This document shows positions 61,401 through 64,000 of a stretch of 64,000 nt of DNA, piece after piece; the first letter of the stretch is position 1, and each line of letters begins with the position of its first letter. Made by a program: the position numbers and the translations under genes. A model generated the notes under the pieces. The model ran no database searches and had not been told where the DNA came from. It was given only the letters and a program-made list of their open reading frames with translations. The stretch comes from Phoronis australis (lineage: Eukaryota > Animalia > Phoronida), in NCBI GenBank assembly GCA_002633005.1, contig NMRA01000007.1:820362-884361 (forward strand). Reading direction: 5' to 3'.

Positions 61401-61823
61401 CCACAGTAAAATCTCACCAATTTTGGACTATAATAATTGCCAAAATTACTCTTTCTTCATTTGTCAAAGGGTTCCACAAAACACTCATGAGAATTTCGGC
61501 AATTTTTGAGACTCTGTTCCTAGCTAAATTACAGACCTTGAAAAAGGTAAAGCATTACCTAGGCACTACTCATCTTTTAGGAATACATGAGAAACAAAAC
61601 GTCATTTATCCGACAAAATGGTGATTACTGAGATGTCACCATAGCACAAAAATATCAAAGAATTTTACATAAAAGATTGTGTAGTTCCGTCCACGTATTG
61701 AACAGTGCCTTGTATAACTCACCATTTCTTAGTACATTCCAGTTCCAACTCCTGATAAGATGCAGTGAACTGGAACTTGGTCGCACTTTTGCCTACTCTC
61801 TGCAACCTCTGCCACACACCCAT
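10357..61823 (-). CDS. EHBP1: EH domain-binding protein 1, spliced CDS of 20 exons; 3' end incomplete (terminal exon not identified)
   Basis: Manual splicing gives one continuous frame of 3695 nt. It runs [26 protein letters not shown] (NT-C2), NPF repeats, [42 protein letters not shown] (CH), then [15 protein letters not shown] and [30 protein letters not shown] (bMERB). Domain order is diagnostic of EHBP1; all introns GT-AG. Confidence 0.96.
11623..11649. promoter_or_regulatory. Perfect palindrome with two K50-homeodomain (GGATTA/TAATCC) and two GATA sites; candidate enhancer core
   Basis: GGTTGGATTATCA-G-TGATAATCCAACC; palindrome seen directly, function inferred. Confidence 0.45.
12899..13410. 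mobile_element. Family A Kolobok-like element
   Basis: Starts aaggttacataggac; contains ttccacttttgcatgag and aaatttggtcatgttattgat, shared with the other copies. Confidence 0.72.
13386..13464. repeat. Direct duplication of 36 bp
   Basis: ttgtcagtaagcttacctgtaaccaggtaaaacaag occurs twice, separated by taaagac. Confidence 0.9.
14223..14320. repeat. Degenerate 12-bp tandem repeat (gatatccaggct / aatatccaagcc)
   Basis: About 8 units; explains the repetitive ORFs 14109..14315 and 14194..14514. Confidence 0.8.
15160..15652. mobile_element. hAT-like MITE
   Basis: 15-bp TIR CAGGCCTTCATCCAG / CTGCATAAAGGCCTG (13/15), exact 8-bp TSD GCTACACC, subterminal GGCGTCC repeats. Confidence 0.9.
15978..16198. 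mobile_element. Family E-related MITE
   Basis: tacagtaaactttcctcaattt ... aaattttactgt termini. Confidence 0.5.
18580..19104. mobile_element. Family A Kolobok-like element
   Basis: Ends ttgtcaataaggtcctacataacctta; internal similarity to other family A copies. Confidence 0.72.
19832..20095. mobile_element. Degenerate MITE (hAT-like)
   Basis: Imperfect inverted ends cgcacacccaaa..ggggagctcaaat / atttgagcccccc..taggctgtgtgcg; no clear TSD. Confidence 0.45.
20613..21010. mobile_element. MITE with about 45-bp TIRs, TTAA at the left flank
   Basis: catttcaccccgtttagctggctcaaaaataaaaatcgaattag is the inverted match of ctaattcaatttttattttttgccagctaaacagggaaatg. Confidence 0.78.
21813..22073. mobile_element. 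Family F dispersed repeat (cagtaattc ... gaattac termini)
   Basis: Colinear similarity with 58905-59150, e.g. ctgtgtgctaaataa / ctgtgtactaaataa and ttttgcaaa.aatg. Confidence 0.55.
26026..26144. repeat. Short inverted repeat or foldback remnant
   Basis: gtgagtgcactcaagtg ... cacttgagtgtcgcac. Confidence 0.45.
27034..27107 (-). CDS. EHBP1: EHBP1 coding exon 19 ([24 protein letters not shown])
   Basis: ttgcag|G acceptor, G|gtaatc donor; 74 nt; [14 protein letters not shown] motif; isolated between 11- and 16-kb introns. Confidence 0.94.
30700..31026. mobile_element. Family A Kolobok-like element, partial
   Basis: Ends gtccttcataacc-TTAA; contains aaatttgatcatgttattgat. Confidence 0.7.
35442..35659. 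mobile_element. Family E MITE (Tc1/mariner-like), best-preserved copy
   Basis: TA-CGGTAAAAATTCTTCA ... TGAAGATTTCTTACCG-TA (TA TSD). Relatives near 3450, 49034-49252, 50283-50530, 53992-54220 and 61404-61640. Confidence 0.82.
36811..36876 (-). mobile_element. tRNA-derived SINE head or pseudo-tRNA fragment
   Basis: Minus strand reads ggatttagctcctgagcagagcatttggctgcgcccgcggaggctctaGGTTCGAATCtatgctg: A-box-like TAGCTC and B box at tRNA spacing, no intact acceptor stem. Confidence 0.55.
38400..38505 (-). CDS. EHBP1: EHBP1 coding exon 18 ([34 protein letters not shown])
   Basis: ctctag acceptor, TT|gtaagt donor; 106 nt; [15 protein letters not shown] bMERB signature. Confidence 0.95.
38950..39070 (-). 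CDS. EHBP1: EHBP1 coding exon 17, start of bMERB ([40 protein letters not shown])
   Basis: tctgtag acceptor, G|gtgggc donor; 121 nt; ELxALExEQxQID motif. Confidence 0.93.
39141..39592. mobile_element. Foldback/MITE with subterminal repeats
   Basis: ggctggacttcaaaacca (repeated) is the inverted match of tggttttgcagtccagcc and gtgttttgggtccagccaa. Confidence 0.65.
39821..39913 (-). CDS. EHBP1: EHBP1 coding exon 16 ([31 protein letters not shown])
   Basis: ttttattccag acceptor, GAG|gtcagt donor; 93 nt, open, phase 0-0. Skippable, so supported only by splice sites and composition. Confidence 0.75.
40403..40685. repeat. Minisatellite, 20-bp unit (catgaacacatgtcacatca), about 14 copies
   Basis: Direct inspection. 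Confidence 0.95.
40951..41144 (-). CDS. EHBP1: EHBP1 coding exon 15
   Basis: Inside ORF 40858..41154; ttcacag acceptor, AGG|gtaagg donor; 194 nt, phase 1-0. Confidence 0.86.
41793..41882. repeat. Degenerate tandem repeat of about 38-40 bp
   Basis: atgacaaa...gaaagttg...caaacatca repeated. Confidence 0.65.
42414..42501. repeat. A-rich tandem repeat of about 17 bp (acatcaaaattaaaaaa) x5
   Basis: Direct inspection; U-rich on the pre-mRNA about 30 nt after the exon 14 donor. Confidence 0.85.
42534..42651 (-). CDS. EHBP1: EHBP1 coding exon 14 ([39 protein letters not shown])
   Basis: cttgtag acceptor, C|gtaagt donor, 118 nt; [14 protein letters not shown] motif; frame differs from track ORF 42519..42707. 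Confidence 0.92.
42892..43014 (-). CDS. EHBP1: EHBP1 coding exon 13 ([23 protein letters not shown]...)
   Basis: [12 protein letters not shown] motif typical of EHBP1; tttcag acceptor, GCT|gtaaga donor; 123 nt. Confidence 0.92.
43221..43340. repeat. 40-bp tandem repeat, about 3 copies
   Basis: cagaacactgcgtatattgacagcccttggccattcattt at 43228, 43268 and 43308. Confidence 0.93.
43408..43483. repeat. 24-bp tandem repeat x3
   Basis: acactgatatcattgcaaattaat. Confidence 0.93.
43629..43791 (-). CDS. EHBP1: EHBP1 coding exon 12
   Basis: Inside ORF 43608..43823; gttacag acceptor, GAG|gtaggt donor; 163 nt, phase 2-0. Confidence 0.84.
44166..45014 (-). CDS. EHBP1: EHBP1 coding exon 11, C-terminal half of the CH domain, disordered region and one NPF
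   Basis: Inside ORF 44162..45124; DFKSL...[24 protein letters not shown]; tttcag acceptor, AG|gtaag donor; 849 nt. Confidence 0.94.
45064..45446. mobile_element. Family A Kolobok-like element, internally deleted, TTAA on both flanks
   Basis: TTAA-tgttacatgggcc ... gtcctacataccc-TTAA. TTAA TSD with consensus GG-starting TIR (GGTTATGTAGGAC) fits Kolobok better than piggyBac. Confidence 0.75.
45751..46039. mobile_element. Long foldback element (about 290-bp imperfect palindrome)
   Basis: Paired arms caaaatttgttgaacacacaaca / tgttgtgtgttcaacaaattttg, ctctgtatctttga / tcaaagatacagag, agtaaactaat / attagtttact; a half copy lies at about 15010-15110. Confidence 0.85.
46062..46228 (-). CDS. EHBP1: EHBP1 coding exon 10, N-terminal half of the CH domain
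   Basis: [55 protein letters not shown]; gttccag acceptor (an in-frame TGA lies upstream), AT|gtgagt donor. Confidence 0.92.
46958..46992. repeat. Short tandem repeat (ccataaccac/a) x3
   Basis: Direct inspection. Confidence 0.8.
47382..47421 (-). CDS. EHBP1: EHBP1 coding exon 9, 40-nt mini-exon ([14 protein letters not shown])
   Basis: tttttgtag acceptor, GAG|gtatgt donor; required to join phase 2 of exon 8 to phase 0 of exon 10. Confidence 0.8.
47502..47582. mobile_element. Palindromic MITE, family D variant, TA-flanked
   Basis: TA-caggg..cattttgagaaccagtt ... aactggttctcaaaatg..cccctg-TA; inverted sister copy at 50747-50826. Confidence 0.8.
47969..48257 (-). CDS. EHBP1: EHBP1 coding exon 8, Pro/Ser/Thr-rich linker
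   Basis: ctaccag|GT acceptor, AG|gtaaaa donor, 289 nt; frame of ORF 47965..48228. Confidence 0.85.
48676..48930 (-). CDS. EHBP1: EHBP1 coding exon 7, two NPF motifs and a basic patch
   Basis: Inside ORF 48623..48985; gttccag acceptor, G|gtaagt donor; 255 nt, phase 1-1. Confidence 0.88.
49784..50074 (-). CDS. EHBP1: EHBP1 coding exon 6, five NPF motifs
   Basis: Inside ORF 49776..50087; ttttgtcag acceptor, G|gtcctt donor; 291 nt, phase 1-1. Confidence 0.82.
50747..50826. mobile_element. Palindromic MITE, family D variant
   Basis: ccacatttcgagaaccagtttt ... aaactggttctcaaaatgtcggacccctg-TA. Confidence 0.78.
52368..52573 (-). CDS. EHBP1: EHBP1 coding exon 5 ([12 protein letters not shown]...[10 protein letters not shown]...[11 protein letters not shown])
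   Basis: tttcag|G acceptor; conserved DxDMQSxASLMS and DIGNLDDF; donor G|gtattc. An in-phase upstream GTGACC donor is possible, so the 3' boundary is less sure. Confidence 0.87.
53173..53481. mobile_element. Family E-like MITE with internal gtcccaaatt repeats
   Basis: tacagtaaaaattctccagtttggg ... cccacattggagaatttttata termini. Confidence 0.6.
54380..54648. repeat. Nested inverted repeats (foldback remnant)
   Basis: aacagatttgttttctcctgaaca / tgtccaggagaaaaaatctgtt inside ctgcttgggcatt / aatgcccgagcag. Confidence 0.6.
55886..56565. mobile_element. hAT-like MITE, 680 bp
   Basis: TIR CAGTGCCGAATAAA / TTAATCCGGCACTG; 8-bp TSD cagtagcc / aagtagcc (7/8); subterminal GGGCCC-type motifs. Confidence 0.85.
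56673..56854 (-). CDS. EHBP1: EHBP1 coding exon 4 ([18 protein letters not shown]...[12 protein letters not shown])
   Basis: Inside ORF 56669..56926; atgcag acceptor, AC|gtaagt donor, 182 nt. Confidence 0.94.
57302..57451 (-). CDS. EHBP1: EHBP1 coding exon 3 ([50 protein letters not shown])
   Basis: ttccag acceptor, GAG|gtataa donor, 150 nt; WPVPEN and [11 protein letters not shown] motifs. Confidence 0.95.
59458..59515 (-). CDS. EHBP1: EHBP1 coding exon 2 ([19 protein letters not shown])
   Basis: ttttag|G acceptor, CAG|gtatgt donor, 58 nt; conserved VWTRRxRR motif of NT-C2. Confidence 0.93.
60362..60424. repeat. Tandem repeat of about 21 bp with palindromic units (aacacaNNtgtgtt) x3
   Basis: caacacaagtgtgttgat caacaacacagctgtgttaat caacaacacaggtgtgttgat. 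Confidence 0.8.
60836..61125. repeat. TA/TG-rich minisatellite, 45-bp unit, about 6 copies
   Basis: aagtatttagtatgtgtataagtatgtgtatatatgtgt recurs at 60867, 60912, 60957, 61002, 61047 and 61092. Confidence 0.95.
61723..61823 (-). CDS. EHBP1: EHBP1 coding exon 1 ([34 protein letters not shown])
   Basis: tttcag|CAACCATGG Kozak-type start; donor TG|gtgagt; 101 nt coding; absent from the ORF track. Confidence 0.93.
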
Positions 61824-63115
61824 GGTTGCTGAAACGGAACCACACATCACAAGAACAATATCAAACATTTGATATATAAGTCTTCAATGTAATGACATCA
61901 CAAAAGCGACTTTCTCTACCTGCCTCCCCTTGAGTAATGACTTCACACGATTACGTGACACATTGCCGTGTAATTTAAATCAGAACGCGTGACTTTGACT
62001 AGATTTTAGCTAGGTCCCAGGCTCCCAGCGTAGGTCCTCGCATAGGTCCTAGCGTTACTAAATGCACCCCTGGTTTATTTTCACATTCTGGTGTGCAAGA
62101 CCGAGATGACAAAGACAAAATCTACGGTTTTTACCCACAATGCTGAGCATTTGTGGGAGCTCTAACAAATTTCACACTGCCACCTTGCTAATGAGTATTT
62201 ACACTAAAATTAATTTGATTGTCATTCTGATGCTAATAAAGTTTTATTGTTGCATCCAGTGAATTGCAATGCAAACACAAAAAATTGAGTGCGGTGTGAT
62301 AAAATGTTCTTCACTTGTCCTACTTAACTCTGAAGTATGTTAGCCGTCTTACATTTCGAAAAAACCAAGCCAATACAACACATTTTCCTACTTCCATAAA
62401 AGAAAAGAGACGATTTTGGAATGTGAAAATTTGCTTTACCCCCCGACATTCTGTGCTGCTGGACTCTCATTTAATTCATTTGAGTTTTCCACCATAACAT
62501 AGTGGTGATTTGAAGACAAAAAATTGTAAAACATATAATTGTGCCAATATATATCTCCATACAAACCAAAGACGATTGCAGATGGAACTTAACCTTGTTC
62601 ATCAAATATTGTACTGTCATCTTGCAACACAAATTACTCCGCCCTTAGTAGGAAAATGGCCATAAATCCAGGCCAGGCATGTGACAATCAAATCAGGCTA
62701 TGGGTTGATCACATAGACACAGAGGAACCAGTAATTTACAAGGAAGCAGAATACTGACTTATGTGATTACATTGAATAAACAAATGTATAACAGATGGAT
62801 GAACACAAGTTTAGGGCATAACTTTAATCTCGCAGGCATTTATGCTACTTCCCACTTTTTAAACTCAAAGTAAACAGCGCACCATAAGGGGTAATGGGGG
62901 GGCTACAGCCGACACTTGTTTCAGTGCTGCACAGCCCATGTCTGTGAGTGGCACACCATAGAGGCCTGGGGGGATTAGCTGAACTTAATTCACAGCTGCA
63001 CTGCCCATGGTAAAGCCAAGACTTTAAAAGCTTTTTAAATGTTTAAAACATATAATGCATAGTTAAAAGATTTCTAGTTTCTAAAAATGCATACAAGCAA
63101 AATTGACAAAACCAG

Positions 63116-63499
63116 GGCCCGGTCTCTAATCTTTGTACTCGAAACGAACTCGAAACTATTTTTGGCAATTTCTCTGCTTCTTTTGTGCGAACTTAAGATA
63201 ATTGGTTATCAGACTGTGCTCAAATACATTATAGTTTATGCAGGAGTTTCTAGTTCAAGTTTGCCCTTGAAGACCCTTACATTCGTGCTAAAATCTCAAA
63301 TTTCGAGTTCAAACTCGAACTTATTGCTTTAATATTGGGTTTACAAACTGTAAACTAAGGGCAATAAATTATCCGTAAGTTATTGTGTACTCGAGCATAG
63401 AATAATAGACACTTATCTTGATTTCGCCCAAAAGTAGAGTAGAAAATGCCAAACCTAATTTCGAGTTCCATTTCGAGTAAAAAGATTGGAGACTGGGCC
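63116..63499. mobile_element. PIF/Harbinger-like MITE
   Basis: TIR of about 40 bp GGCCCGGTCTCTAATCTTTGTACTCGAAA / TTTCGAGTAAAAAGATTGGAGACTGGGCC with CAG TSD (63113-63115, 63500-63502). Confidence 0.85.
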
Positions 63500-64000
63500 C
63501 AGGTGCATTTTGACCCTTAGTTGGTGTGGAATTCGACGCCTGTAACACATGGACAACTAGCAGAATGCTGCTGATACAAATCCATCAAATGTGTTTTACA
63601 GCGTAAAATTCCATGAAAAAAAGAACTGAAACCATAGAAATGACTGTGCAATCACTTATCAGTACACAAAACTGAATGCTTGGATTTAAAAACAGAACTT
63701 TGGTAAAAACAATGATGAATGGACAACTTCCGAATAAGATTCAATGTCCACATGCAAACTCTTTGGAGTGTTTCCTAATAGGTCTCTTCACAGTGTCAAC
63801 AGGTACTATAACCCATGTTAAGATGAAACAAACATTAACATTAAATCACTGGACTTTGGTCATGTGAGTAATAGGTGGGCGGTCAGACTTCAGCGTTTGA
63901 ATATTTTCTATGGTTGGTTTACTATGACTTCAGAGCAAGTTGCATCGATTTGTTTAAAACACATGACCAGAATAAAATTATTTTTGCCACAATGTGAACG

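Noticed and set aside
1-64000. Autonomous transposase, reverse transcriptase or viral insertion
   Set aside because: No long ORF other than EHBP1 exon 11 and no DDE, RT or integrase motifs seen; all elements look non-autonomous.

Overview
Eukaryotic, AT-rich genomic DNA from an invertebrate bilaterian (mollusc-like repeat landscape; the taxon is an inference). The window is occupied by one intron-rich gene on the minus strand, EHBP1 (EH domain-binding protein 1). I reconstructed 20 coding exons by hand, from the ATG at 61823 to 10357. All junctions are GT-AG and phase-consistent, giving 3695 nt (1231 codons plus 2 nt). The protein has an NT-C2 domain, 9 NPF motifs, a CH domain, a coiled coil and a bMERB domain. 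The CAAX-bearing last exon was not found and probably lies left of the window. Introns carry many non-autonomous DNA transposons (Kolobok-, hAT-, Harbinger- and Tc1/mariner-like), foldbacks and minisatellites. Almost all other ORFs in the track are noise, antisense shadows or wrong-frame reads of exons. The most interesting signal is architectural: the first 17 introns are 0.24-4.1 kb, while the 3' introns jump to 11.3 kb, 16.6 kb and roughly 10 kb or more. These long introns hold enhancer-like motif islands, including a perfect 27-bp palindrome with two Otx-type (GGATTA/TAATCC) and two GATA sites. This fits the known ancient Ehbp1-Otx regulatory block. I see no evidence for a new multi-gene system.
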